DNA from: Candidatus Fraserbacteria bacterium
GTDB lineage: Bacteria > Bipolaricaulota > Bipolaricaulia > RBG-16-55-9 > DRXL01
Direction of reading: 5' to 3'
NCBI GenBank assembly: GCA_947085185.1
Contig: CAMTVK010000003.1
Coordinates: 964 to 64,963, forward strand
Length of the DNA stretch: 64,000 nt
The position numbers and the translations under genes were made by a program. Below are positions 35,722 to 44,866 of the stretch, one piece after another (within the stretch, counting starts at the first letter, position 1; each line of letters starts with the position of its first letter). The notes under the pieces were generated by a model, which was given only the letters and a program-made list of their open reading frames with translations, had not been told where the DNA came from and did no database searches.

Positions 35722-38127
35722 TTAGTTCTTTTCTTCCTCCTCTTTTTCGGTTAAGTTTCTGTGGATCTCTTGCAATCGCGCTTCGACGCGCGCGTAGATC
35801 GTCCCTTCTGGGAACTTCCCATCAGGGCCGCGCTCACCTGCCGCAAGCCCTGTGAGCACCTCCAACCCTTCTTCGACAGTCCGGATCGCATAGATATGAA
35901 ATCTCTTCTCACGGACGGCGTCAATGATCTCCTGACGCAGCATGAGATTGTCTCTGTTCTGTTCGGGAATGATGACCCCCTGCTCGCCGGTCAGCCCGTG
36001 AACTTTACAGATCTTAAAGAACCCGTCAATCTTCTCGTTGACGCTCCCGATGGGCTGGATCTCGCCCTTCTGGTTGACCGAACCGGTGACAGCTATCCCT
36101 TGTTTGAGGGGAACCCCAGCTAATGCCGAGATGAGCGCATACAGTTCTGTGATGGAAGCGGAATCCCCGTCGATCTTCGAATAGCTCTGCTCAAAGGTGA
36201 TGCTCGCCGACAGGCTCAATGGGCGCGCGATCGCGAATTTTTCGCCGAGCCAGCCCTTCAAGATCAAGACGCCCTTGCTATGGATCTTCCCAGAAAGGGC
36301 TGCTTCACGCTCGACGTTGAGCACGCCCTCTTTCCCAGTGAAGACATTCGCCGTGATGCGCGTGGGCCGCCCAAACGAAAAGTCGGTCAACTGTAATACG
36401 GAAAGCCCATTCACACATCCGACGCGCTCCCCGCGCGTGTCTACTAAGATATCCCCACGGGCGATGAGCTCATGGATCTTCTCTTCCATCAGATTATTGC
36501 GATAGTATTTCTCTGCGATGGCGCGTTCGACGTGCTCAGCCTTCACGAAGCGCGCTCCCTCGCGCTCGGCCCAGTAAGACGCCTCACGGACTATGGTCAT
36601 TAAGTCGCTGAAGCGCGCCGAGAGCTTCTTTTGATCCCCGGTGAGCTCCGCGGCATACTCTGCCAAGCGTGCTAATGCGGACTTGTGAAAGTGCTTGAGC
36701 CCCGGTCGCTCCCTCACGCGCGCCGCCACAAACGGCCCCAATTGCTTGATAGAGCGCTCCTCCCAAGGGAGCTCGTCGTCGAAATCGGCCTTGACCGAGA
36801 AGAGCTTGGGAAAGTCCTCATCGAGTGCCTCTAACAGATAATAGAGTTCTGGGCTGCCAATGAGAATGACCTTCACCGAGAGGGGCACCGGTTCGGGCTT
36901 GAGGCTCTCCGTCGTGGTAAACCCCATCATCGTCGCGGGGTCTTCGATCTGGATGCGCCCGCTGCGCAGCGCGATCTTGAGCGCCTCCCAACTGATCTCG
37001 TATTTTAAGAGATTATGGGCATTGAGCACTAAGTAGCCCCCGTTGGCTTGGTGCAGCGAGCCCGGCTTGATCATCGTGAAGTCAGCGGTCATGACGCCAA
37101 ACTGAACTCTTCGCTCGATCTTGCCGAAGAGATTCGTATACGTCGCATTCTCCTCCACCACGACCGGGGTCCCTTTGGTCTTGCTATGATCTACCAAGAC
37201 ATTCACTGTATAGCGTGTGAACAGATCGATCATGCCGGTGGGGAGGGGGACGCCTTCACCGTCTTGGTGGGACTGTGGAGAGGGTTCAGCGAATCTCTGA
37301 ATATTTTCTAAGATATCAGTTTCGACGTCCTCGAGAAACTCTAGCACGCGTGGGTGTTCACGGTAGCGGGCCTGCAGGCGCTGGATAAGGGGCTTGACGG
37401 TGTAGAGCGCAATATCTCGATCGAGTTCTTCGATAGCTTTGAGACGCTGCTCTTCGATGCCTTCGAGTTGGCTCATCGCTTCTTGGATGATCTCTTGGAG
37501 CTCTTCGCGGTGGCGCGCGATCTTGTGGCGTTCCCGCTCGGGAAGTTTTTCAAAGATCTCTTCGGTGAGGGGTTTGCCATCGAGCAGAGGGGTTGCTTGG
37601 AATCCCAAAGCCGACAGTTGGAAGAGGAAGCCGCGGCGCTGGGCCTCGTGTGCGACGGCGTTGGCGACTTTATTCCGCAGCTCGTTGAACTGCTCATCGA
37701 GGCTTTGGCGCTTCTTGCGGTACTCTTCGCTGTGATAGGCGGCGGGGATGCGCTCGCGCAGCTTCTCTATGAGATCTTTCATATCTGTAGCGAGCTTCCG
37801 CCCCATCCCGGGAGGCAAGAGAATATAGCGTGGGCAGTAGGGGTCATCGAAATTATGCACATAGCACACATCTTGCGGAGGAGGCTCTTTAAGACTGATC
37901 TTCTGAAGGAACGCTTGGACGATCGAGTTCTTCCCCGTGCCGGGGCTGCCGGCAACATAGATATTATAGCGAAAATCTTTGATGCCCAAGCCCAGCTCCA
38001 GGGCGCGCAGGGCGCGCTCTTGGCCGATCACATCATCGAGGGGCTTGCATTCGGCTGTGGTCTCAACCCCGAAGATCTCAGGGTCGCAGCGGCGGCGCAG
38101 CTCTTCCGGCTCGAGGCGATGTGCCAT
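35722..38127 (-). CDS. LonC-like protease (degenerate AAA-like domain with long helical insert + S16 Lon protease domain)
   Basis: Walker A GSPGTGKN but no acidic Walker B (YLVLNAHNLL); C-terminal DGDSAS (Ser) and …EKIDG (Lys) Lon dyad; start at ATG 38127 with AAGGAG RBS. Confidence 0.75.
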   Translation of the reverse strand: MAHRLEPEELRRRCDPEIFGVETTAECKPLDDVIGQERALRALELGLGIKDFRYNIYVAGSPGTGKNSIVQAFLQKISLKEPPPQDVCYVHNFDDPYCPRYILLPPGMGRKLATDMKDLIEKLRERIPAAYHSEEYRKKRQSLDEQFNELRNKVANAVAHEAQRRGFLFQLSALGFQATPLLDGKPLTEEIFEKLPERERHKIARHREELQEIIQEAMSQLEGIEEQRLKAIEELDRDIALYTVKPLIQRLQARYREHPRVLEFLEDVETDILENIQRFAEPSPQSHQDGEGVPLPTGMIDLFTRYTVNVLVDHSKTKGTPVVVEENATYTNLFGKIERRVQFGVMTADFTMIKPGSLHQANGGYLVLNAHNLLKYEISWEALKIALRSGRIQIEDPATMMGFTTTESLKPEPVPLSVKVILIGSPELYYLLEALDEDFPKLFSVKADFDDELPWEERSIKQLGPFVAARVRERPGLKHFHKSALARLAEYAAELTGDQKKLSARFSDLMTIVREASYWAEREGARFVKAEHVERAIAEKYYRNNLMEEKIHELIARGDILVDTRGERVGCVNGLSVLQLTDFSFGRPTRITANVFTGKEGVLNVEREAALSGKIHSKGVLILKGWLGEKFAIARPLSLSASITFEQSYSKIDGDSASITELYALISALAGVPLKQGIAVTGSVNQKGEIQPIGSVNEKIDGFFKICKVHGLTGEQGVIIPEQNRDNLMLRQEIIDAVREKRFHIYAIRTVEEGLEVLTGLAAGERGPDGKFPEGTIYARVEARLQEIHRNLTEKEEEEKN

Positions 38128-38221
38128 CTTTGGTCTCCTTGCTCTGAATGCCTCCCCCTCCAAGGAGGAGATGAGGGTGAGGTCTTCTAGAATACAGAAT
38201 AAAGCTCAGGGGAGCAAGGAG

Positions 38222-38938
38222 TCAGCGAGCGACTCTGATCTCGCTGTCCCCAACGACGGAGACCGCCAGGCGCGGCGAAAAGCTCGTCACCAGCCCTTTC
38301 ACAGAGAAGACATGAACTGGAGCATTGGACGGGACGACCAGATCATAGACGACGGCTACAGTCTGCCCTGGGGAGAACCGTTGTGTCCACAGCCATTGGA
38401 GCTCAGATTTTTTTAAGATTGCTCCGCCGTTTTGGACTTCTTTCATGGTCCAGGCTGGGGGAGGGTCTTCGTCGAGCCCAAGCCCGTTGACAATCTGATT
38501 GATGCGCAGTACTATAATGACTCGCACGGTCTGGCCAGGGGCGACGGAGCCGCTGGGGGGCAGGACGAACGAGCGTCGCACCATCACGGGCGCGTCTGTG
38601 ACTTTGACGATCTTGCTGAGTGAGCCCGTGGCGCCGCGATTGTCGGTCACTCTCAAATTGATGCGCCACTCCCCGGCGCGCTCGAAGAGCCGCGTCGTTG
38701 TTGGCACTGTCTTGGCTTCGTCGAAGCGACCGTCGCCGTTGAAGTCCCATTCGTATTTTATTATAGCGCCGTCGGGATCTTTGGAAGCCGAGGCATCGAA
38801 GAGCACGACGGTATTCGTATCAGGATTTTGCGGGGTGAAGCGGAAATCGGCGCGGGGCGGAGTGTTGCTCTGTGCTTGTGCTCCTCCCCAAAGCCCCAGC
38901 GCTATGAACAGCATCAGCGTTGTGAGAGAGATTCTCAT
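38222..38938 (-). CDS. Secreted PKD-domain protein
   Basis: Signal peptide; PKD motif FDASASKDPDGAIIKYEWDFNGDG…LRVTDNRG; GLGLDEDPP…W element shared with neighbours. Confidence 0.7.
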   Translation of the reverse strand: MRISLTTLMLFIALGLWGGAQAQSNTPPRADFRFTPQNPDTNTVVLFDASASKDPDGAIIKYEWDFNGDGRFDEAKTVPTTTRLFERAGEWRINLRVTDNRGATGSLSKIVKVTDAPVMVRRSFVLPPSGSVAPGQTVRVIIVLRINQIVNGLGLDEDPPPAWTMKEVQNGGAILKKSELQWLWTQRFSPGQTVAVVYDLVVPSNAPVHVFSVKGLVTSFSPRLAVSVVGDSEIRVAR

Positions 38939-38973
38939 CGCACAGACCTCCACGGGACAGTTCCAAACTCTGT

Positions 38974-40845
38974 TTACGGGAGCGGCCCGAAGACGGACGC
39001 CCCGGTCAGCCAATACGCTACGAGCGTCTGTAATATCTTGAGATCGATTTTACCAAAGACTACCTTGCCGTCAGCCTCTCGGTTCTTCACCGGTTTATCA
39101 CCGAGCCAAAAGAACGAGACGGCCGATTGAATTTGCTCGAAGTTGATCGTCGTTGTCTCCAGCCAAAGATTGACCTTGGGGTTGGCGGCATCGCTGACGT
39201 CCATGCGCGCGAAGATCACGGGGAAGGGGAGTCTGGTGACGACTTTGATCTCCGCTTCGCCGGCGATGGCAAGCTCAAACGCCGGTGAGGCGCTGCTGAT
39301 CGAACCGGAGAGCTTGACCACCCGCGGTGTCGGGTCTTTAGGAGGTTCAGGAATAGTCAGCTCATACTCGATGGTGCGCACGGTCCCTGGCTCGAGGACT
39401 TCCAAGAAGACCCAGAGCACTTCGCCTGGGAGTGGTCGTGCGGTGCCGCTCTCTGTGGAGACGAGGTTGAACGTGAGATCGTTAGGGAAGCGCTCAGTGA
39501 CGACGAGGCCATTGATGCGATCCAGGGCCTGGATAGTGATCTTGACTCTGACGCGCTCGCCGTGAATAGTCTCGTCGTTGGGGAGGTTCGTATCAAGAGT
39601 TCGGGTAGCGATGGCTCGCGGGGTAAAGACTTTGACGGTCTTTGTTGCGCTCGCTCTTTCGCCGTCGGTGTCGGTGACGGTCAGAGTCACAGAATAGCTT
39701 CCGTCGGCGCTGTAGCGATGGACGGGGTTCTGTTCGCTTGAGCTTGTCCCGTCGCCAAAGTTCCACGCCCACGCGACGATCCCCACATCATCGGTCGAGC
39801 GATCTAGGAACGTGATGGGCTCATTGGCCTTGGGCTCAGCGGGCGTGAACTCAAAGCTCACCGTAGGTGGGCGGTTGCGATCCCGCGCGACAATAGACAG
39901 AGCAGCGACCGTGGGGGTGACGAGCCTCCCCCGCGCGTCCAAATAACTGAGGGTGGGCTTGATGAGCGCTGTTCCCGTCTGAGAGCTGGTCACGGTAAAG
40001 CTCGCTTCGAAGGTCTCCCCAGCGCTCAAGCCGTCGAGCTCCCACACGATCGTCGTCGTGGTATCGGGGTTCTTCGTGACGCGATTGGGGGCATTGAGCG
40101 TCGCGATCCCGTAGGTCAAGAACGCGGGCAGCACGAGCGTAATTCTTATCTGCCGCGCGACGACTCTCCTTCCCAACGCTTGAGCGATCTGTTGCGGGAC
40201 GAGCTCACTGAACTGCTCGAAGAACTGTCCCTGGGTGAGCCGGGCCAGCTCGCGCAAGAGCGTCTTATCGGGGGTGCGCCCCGTCGCAATAGTGAAGATC
40301 GTCACGCCGCTCTCGGCAGATCGTTGGGCTTGCGACAGAGGAGTTCGCCCGACGTTGGCCCGCCCGTCGCTCACCAAGACCATGGCCCACGAAGCGTCTT
40401 CGCGCCCGTTTCTCTGCAGAGTCTCGAGGGCTGTGGCAATCCCTTCCCCCACGGCCGTCTTGCCCAAGGGGCGCAGGAGCTTCAGCCCTTGGCGGACAGC
40501 TTCATGATCGAACGTGAGCGGGACATCCACACGCGCGTCCGTCCCAAACGAGACAAGACCAACACGATCTGATGGCGACAGCGCCTCAACGATCGCCGTG
40601 CCGATCTTCTCCATCTCGCGAACGTTCACAGTCGCCGAGCGATCTATGACGAGAAAGAGATCTGTTGGGGCGCGCGCGCCGGGCTCGCCTGCCGAGAGCC
40701 GCACGGTGATCGTGCCCTCCTGGTTGACAAAGAGCGCCGTGGGGGAGATGCTCAGCTCCAGCTGCACCGGCGGCGCGGCGACTTGAGCCAGCCCAGTCAG
40801 TGCTCCAAGACCAAGCAGGCTCATCGCGCCGAGTATTCGTCTCAT
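38974..40845 (-). CDS. Secreted vWA + PKD multidomain protein with C-terminal shared module
   Basis: Signal peptide; vWA (LVIDRSATV…LVSDGRANVG); PKD (WNFGDGTSS…LTVTDTDG); C-terminal ~80-aa module (…INFEQIQSAVSFFWLGD…). Confidence 0.75.
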   Translation of the reverse strand: MRRILGAMSLLGLGALTGLAQVAAPPVQLELSISPTALFVNQEGTITVRLSAGEPGARAPTDLFLVIDRSATVNVREMEKIGTAIVEALSPSDRVGLVSFGTDARVDVPLTFDHEAVRQGLKLLRPLGKTAVGEGIATALETLQRNGREDASWAMVLVSDGRANVGRTPLSQAQRSAESGVTIFTIATGRTPDKTLLRELARLTQGQFFEQFSELVPQQIAQALGRRVVARQIRITLVLPAFLTYGIATLNAPNRVTKNPDTTTTIVWELDGLSAGETFEASFTVTSSQTGTALIKPTLSYLDARGRLVTPTVAALSIVARDRNRPPTVSFEFTPAEPKANEPITFLDRSTDDVGIVAWAWNFGDGTSSSEQNPVHRYSADGSYSVTLTVTDTDGERASATKTVKVFTPRAIATRTLDTNLPNDETIHGERVRVKITIQALDRINGLVVTERFPNDLTFNLVSTESGTARPLPGEVLWVFLEVLEPGTVRTIEYELTIPEPPKDPTPRVVKLSGSISSASPAFELAIAGEAEIKVVTRLPFPVIFARMDVSDAANPKVNLWLETTTINFEQIQSAVSFFWLGDKPVKNREADGKVVFGKIDLKILQTLVAYWLTGASVFGPLP

Positions 40846-40878
40846 CGTCCCGCTCCTTCTTGCATCCAAGCTCTGGGT

Positions 40879-43017
40879 CTAGCGCGTCGCGGCCGGCAGA
40901 GGCCGGTCCACCGGCGTGTCCGTCAGCCAGTACGAGATGAGCGTCTGGAGCATCCGGAAGTCTATGGTCTTGCCGCACGTGCCCACGACCTCTTCGTCCT
41001 CAAGCCAGAGCGCAATGGCCGTCTGAATCTGAGCGAAGCTGATCTTGTTCGACAGCGCCACGTCAATCGCGTTCTGCTCCACGTTGAGATACGCGATCGC
41101 TACGGGGATGTCGAGACATTCGACGACGTTGACGGTCTGATCTCTTCCAACTGCGCTTTCAAAGCGCGGCGCAAACGACTCGATGAGCCCTTGAATCGTG
41201 TACGGGCTGATGATCTCGTCGGTGGGGACGGTCACTTCGTAGAGGATGCTGCGGCGCGCGCCTGCCGGGATCTTTTCTGTAAAGATCCAGGTGTTGACAG
41301 ATTGCTTGAACGCGGCGCTGCCGCCGCCCTCACGAGGACGTACCTCCCAGCGCTCGGGCAGCTTCTCTGTGAGCGTCAGCCCGAATAAGTCTTTTTCGGC
41401 TTGGACTTCGACGCGCACTCTGAAGATATTGCCGCCTGGCGCGCGCAGATAGACTTGATAGAACGGCAATGGCGTCAAGATCGAGCGCATCGCACTTCCG
41501 CCGATCGCAGCGTCTTCCGGGATGGTGCGATCTACAGGGACGTTCGCCAAGTGATGGGCCACGATCTGCTTGAGCGATTCAAGATCGAGCGGGGCGTCGC
41601 ATGTTCCGGGCACAGGCGTGTCTTCTTGCCAGAACGCGACCGCCCGCTGCATCTGATCGAACGTGATCTCCTCGGACATGCGCAAATCTACGGTATTCGT
41701 AGCCGTGTCCAAGTGCGCCATAGCGACGAGAGCGGGCAAGCACGTCACCACAGAGATCCTCGAGAAGGGCTCGTTGGTCTCGCCCAGCACCGGGATCTCT
41801 TTGATATCGGGGACGGTGCTGGAGACGCGCCCTACGATATCGAAGTCTTGGGGGAGCGGCCCGCCGATCAACTGATCGGTCTTGGGAATGGTGACGTCGT
41901 AGACGATGCGGCGGGTCTCACCGCTGCGCACGATCGTGGGGAAGACCCACTGGGTCGTAGCGGCCTTGAATGTCGCTCCGGCGCTGTCGATGGGGGTGAC
42001 CTCCCAGTTGGCGGGCAGGTCTTCGTCCAATCCCAGACCGCTCATGGACGTCCTGACAGTGATCGTGACCGTCACGCGGAAGGTCGTTCCGGGGGCAGCA
42101 TGAGTCGTCGAGAGGGTGCGCGTGGCGAACGCAACTTCTTTCTCGACCATAATAGTCTTAGTGATCTGGCCGATGGCCCCCTTGTCGTCGGTGACTCTTA
42201 GGGTCACTTTCACTGCGCCGATCTGGGTGAACGTCCACTGAACTGTTGGCTTATCGGTAGAGATCTCAAAGATGCCATCAGAATTGAAGTCCCACTCGTA
42301 CTTGACGATCTTGCCATCGGCGACGGTGCTTGGGCGAGCGTCGAACGTCACGGGCACGTTGACGCTCACTACGGAGGGGGAGAACGTGAAATCTGCTTTG
42401 GGGGGAGCGCGGCGGAAGGCGCTCAAGACCAAGGGTTCTACTAGGCTAGGAAGCTGAAATCTTTCTGGAGAGAGAGGGTCACCGCTGAGCACCTGCCAGC
42501 CGTCGATGCCCCGGGTGAACGTGGGGGTGATGACGATCTCGAACTCATCGGGCAGCCCGCTGATCACGACGCCGTCGGCGCGCTCGGGTAGCCAGCGCCA
42601 GGTCATCGTTGCCGTGGGCGGCGTGAACTCATACGTATCGGCGGGGTCATCGCGCAGGGCGATCCGCGCCGTGGGCGGCAGCCCATCGAAGCGCAGGGTT
42701 GCCTCTCCGCCGGCGGGGTTTCCCGGCTTGCTCAAGATAATAATTAAGCTGAGATCGCGCGTGTTGGCATCCCGATAGAAAAAGACCAGAGCTTGATTAG
42801 CGACCTCTAAGCCCGTATTGGGCTGATCGTTGGCGAAGCGATAGAAGTCTACGGCCGACCCCGGCTGACTGAGCGGGGTGATCGGGGTTGAGAACGCTCC
42901 TTGACGCGCAAGAAAGAACGAAGTCGTCTGCTCCAAGACAGTTCCTTGGCTGGCTCCGCTGAGAGCGATCAGGGCCAGTACTATAAGCCCACAGAGAGAC
43001 TGTCGCATGACACGCAT
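40879..43017 (-). CDS. Secreted PKD-domain protein with two copies of the shared ~80-aa C-terminal module
   Basis: Signal peptide from internal ATG 43017 (AAGGAGG RBS); PKD (KYEWDFNSDG…LRVTDDKG); modules …ITFDQMQRAVAFWQED…GTCD… and …ISFAQIQTAIALWLED…GTCG…. Confidence 0.75.
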   Translation of the reverse strand: MRVMRQSLCGLIVLALIALSGASQGTVLEQTTSFFLARQGAFSTPITPLSQPGSAVDFYRFANDQPNTGLEVANQALVFFYRDANTRDLSLIIILSKPGNPAGGEATLRFDGLPPTARIALRDDPADTYEFTPPTATMTWRWLPERADGVVISGLPDEFEIVITPTFTRGIDGWQVLSGDPLSPERFQLPSLVEPLVLSAFRRAPPKADFTFSPSVVSVNVPVTFDARPSTVADGKIVKYEWDFNSDGIFEISTDKPTVQWTFTQIGAVKVTLRVTDDKGAIGQITKTIMVEKEVAFATRTLSTTHAAPGTTFRVTVTITVRTSMSGLGLDEDLPANWEVTPIDSAGATFKAATTQWVFPTIVRSGETRRIVYDVTIPKTDQLIGGPLPQDFDIVGRVSSTVPDIKEIPVLGETNEPFSRISVVTCLPALVAMAHLDTATNTVDLRMSEEITFDQMQRAVAFWQEDTPVPGTCDAPLDLESLKQIVAHHLANVPVDRTIPEDAAIGGSAMRSILTPLPFYQVYLRAPGGNIFRVRVEVQAEKDLFGLTLTEKLPERWEVRPREGGGSAAFKQSVNTWIFTEKIPAGARRSILYEVTVPTDEIISPYTIQGLIESFAPRFESAVGRDQTVNVVECLDIPVAIAYLNVEQNAIDVALSNKISFAQIQTAIALWLEDEEVVGTCGKTIDFRMLQTLISYWLTDTPVDRPLPAATR

Positions 43018-43418
43018 CGCGGCCTCCTTTGTCGTCATACCTGCCTCAGTATAGCGAGCGATCCCCCCTGAGACAGTGATTCAAATTACCCATTGCGCAC
43101 GTTTCCCCTTGGCTTGAGCATAGCACAGCGTGCGGCCAAAGGCAAGCGGGCGTAATGGCAATTACAGTCTAAGAAAATCTCTAGGGGCTTTCGAGGTCTG
43201 GGGACAGCATCGAAGTGGGCGTTTGTCTGGAGGCAGGGTGCGCTCTGTCCAAATGGTTGGGCCCCATGCCGTGTGACAGGAGGGTCGAGGCTTTGTTCGC
43301 GGCAATCTGGCGGGCCAGATTGACGATGGCTTCGGATGGGGCCCAACTCACTGGTCATAGTATGGAGGGGGAACATGGAGAGGTCAATGAGCTCAATCAT
43401 GAGAAAATCTGAGATTCG

Positions 43419-43751
43419 TTAGGTTCGCTCGATATTGCGAAGGAATTCTGCGTACAGATCAACGTCACCGTTCTTGGCGATCTGTTTGTCCTCATAGGGT
43501 ACCCCCAGCCGACGATAGAACTCGTCGGCGATATTTTTGAAGACGCCCGTTACAAGGGCGATAATCCAGTAGCGCAGCGCGCCGAAGTGGAGCTTGATCA
43601 CTTTGAGTGCCAGCCGGGTGCATGTGTAATTGAGAAGCCCAGCGAACGCCGTGTCTGAGCCGTGGGCTTTCGCTTGAGTGACGATCTGCTGGGCGAGCTC
43701 GTCAATCAACGGGTCAAGGGGCCGACGGTCTTGCTGAGTGATATAGGGCAT
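43419..43751 (-). CDS. Hypothetical protein (110 aa)
   Basis: ORF with plausible start; family not recognised. Confidence 0.45.
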   Translation of the reverse strand: MPYITQQDRRPLDPLIDELAQQIVTQAKAHGSDTAFAGLLNYTCTRLALKVIKLHFGALRYWIIALVTGVFKNIADEFYRRLGVPYEDKQIAKNGDVDLYAEFLRNIERT

Positions 43752-43846
43752 AGAGAGACCTCCTTCGCTTCAATCCTGCGGCTTTGCTTGGCACGCTTCT
43801 GGGACGTGCTGAGCATAATTGCTTGTTTAAGAAGCCAAGAGCGCGC

Positions 43847-44866
43847 TCAGCGCAGCAGCACAACCTGCCCGCTGCCCCGCACAATCTCCCCGACTCTATA
43901 CGCCCGCTCCCCTTGAGCTTCTAAGAACTTCATGACACTATCGGCTTGCTTGCTGGACACGATCAGAATACATCCCACCCCCATGTTGAAGACCTCCCAC
44001 AGCTCGTCTTCGGGCACGTCTCCCCAGCGTTGTAACGCGCGAAAGAGCTTTGGGATGGGCCAGCTTCCCTTGCGCACAAGAGCGTCTACACCGTCATGCA
44101 AAGCTCGGACTACATTCCCAGCAATCCCACCCCCGGTGATGTGCGCCGCTCCCTTTATAGAAAATTTATCAAAGAGCTCAAGTACAGTCTTGGCATAGAG
44201 CGGCATCGGCTCCAGCAGCAGCTCCCCCAGAGGACGATCCCCGGCTTCAGTATAAGTCTTTCTCAGATCGAGCCTCTGTCTTTCTAAAATCTTGCGGATG
44301 AGCGAGAATCCGTTGCAGTGCGGCCCTCGAGCAGCAAGCCCCACTAAAAGATCCCCCGGCTCAACTCGCTGGGGATCGGGGACCCGCGAGCGCTCGACGA
44401 CCCCCACGACAAAGCCGACAAGCTCGATCTCATCAGATCGCACAAACAGATCGGGCAGCTGCGCCGTCTCGCCTCCCATCAAGACACAGCCCGCTTCATC
44501 ACACGCCCGCACCAGCCCGGAAAAGATCTCTCGGCTCATCTCTACATCGAGTCTGGCCGTCGCATAGTAATCTAAGAAGAACAAGGGCCGAGCCCCAAGA
44601 CAGACTATGTCATTGACGTTCATGGCTACTAAGTCCTGCCCCAACCCGTCAAATTTTTTGTAGTCGAGCGCGATGCGCGTCTTGGTGCCGATGCCGTCGG
44701 TGGAGCTGACCAGCAGCGGGTCCCGATAATCCTGCAAGATCTCTCTGAGCTCAAAGACCCCTGCAAACGGGCCGATCTGAGCGCTCCCTCTCTTATTGAG
44801 CTCTTTGATAAGCGCGACAAGCTTATCGGCTTGGTCTATGTCGACTCCAGCATCTCGATAGCGCAT
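43847..44866 (-). CDS. purM: Phosphoribosylformylglycinamidine cyclo-ligase
   Basis: YRDAGVDID N-terminus, AIR synthase pattern. Confidence 0.9.
   Translation of the reverse strand: MRYRDAGVDIDQADKLVALIKELNKRGSAQIGPFAGVFELREILQDYRDPLLVSSTDGIGTKTRIALDYKKFDGLGQDLVAMNVNDIVCLGARPLFFLDYYATARLDVEMSREIFSGLVRACDEAGCVLMGGETAQLPDLFVRSDEIELVGFVVGVVERSRVPDPQRVEPGDLLVGLAARGPHCNGFSLIRKILERQRLDLRKTYTEAGDRPLGELLLEPMPLYAKTVLELFDKFSIKGAAHITGGGIAGNVVRALHDGVDALVRKGSWPIPKLFRALQRWGDVPEDELWEVFNMGVGCILIVSSKQADSVMKFLEAQGERAYRVGEIVRGSGQVVLLR

Noticed and set aside
35722-38163. BREX BrxL identity for the Lon-like protease
   Set aside because: No pglX, brxC or pglZ neighbours are present. The architecture fits LonC better.
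38222-43038. Dockerin/cohesin identity for the shared C-terminal module
   Set aside because: The module lacks the DxNxDGxVxxxD calcium loop duplicated in dockerins and has a different spacing of conserved residues.
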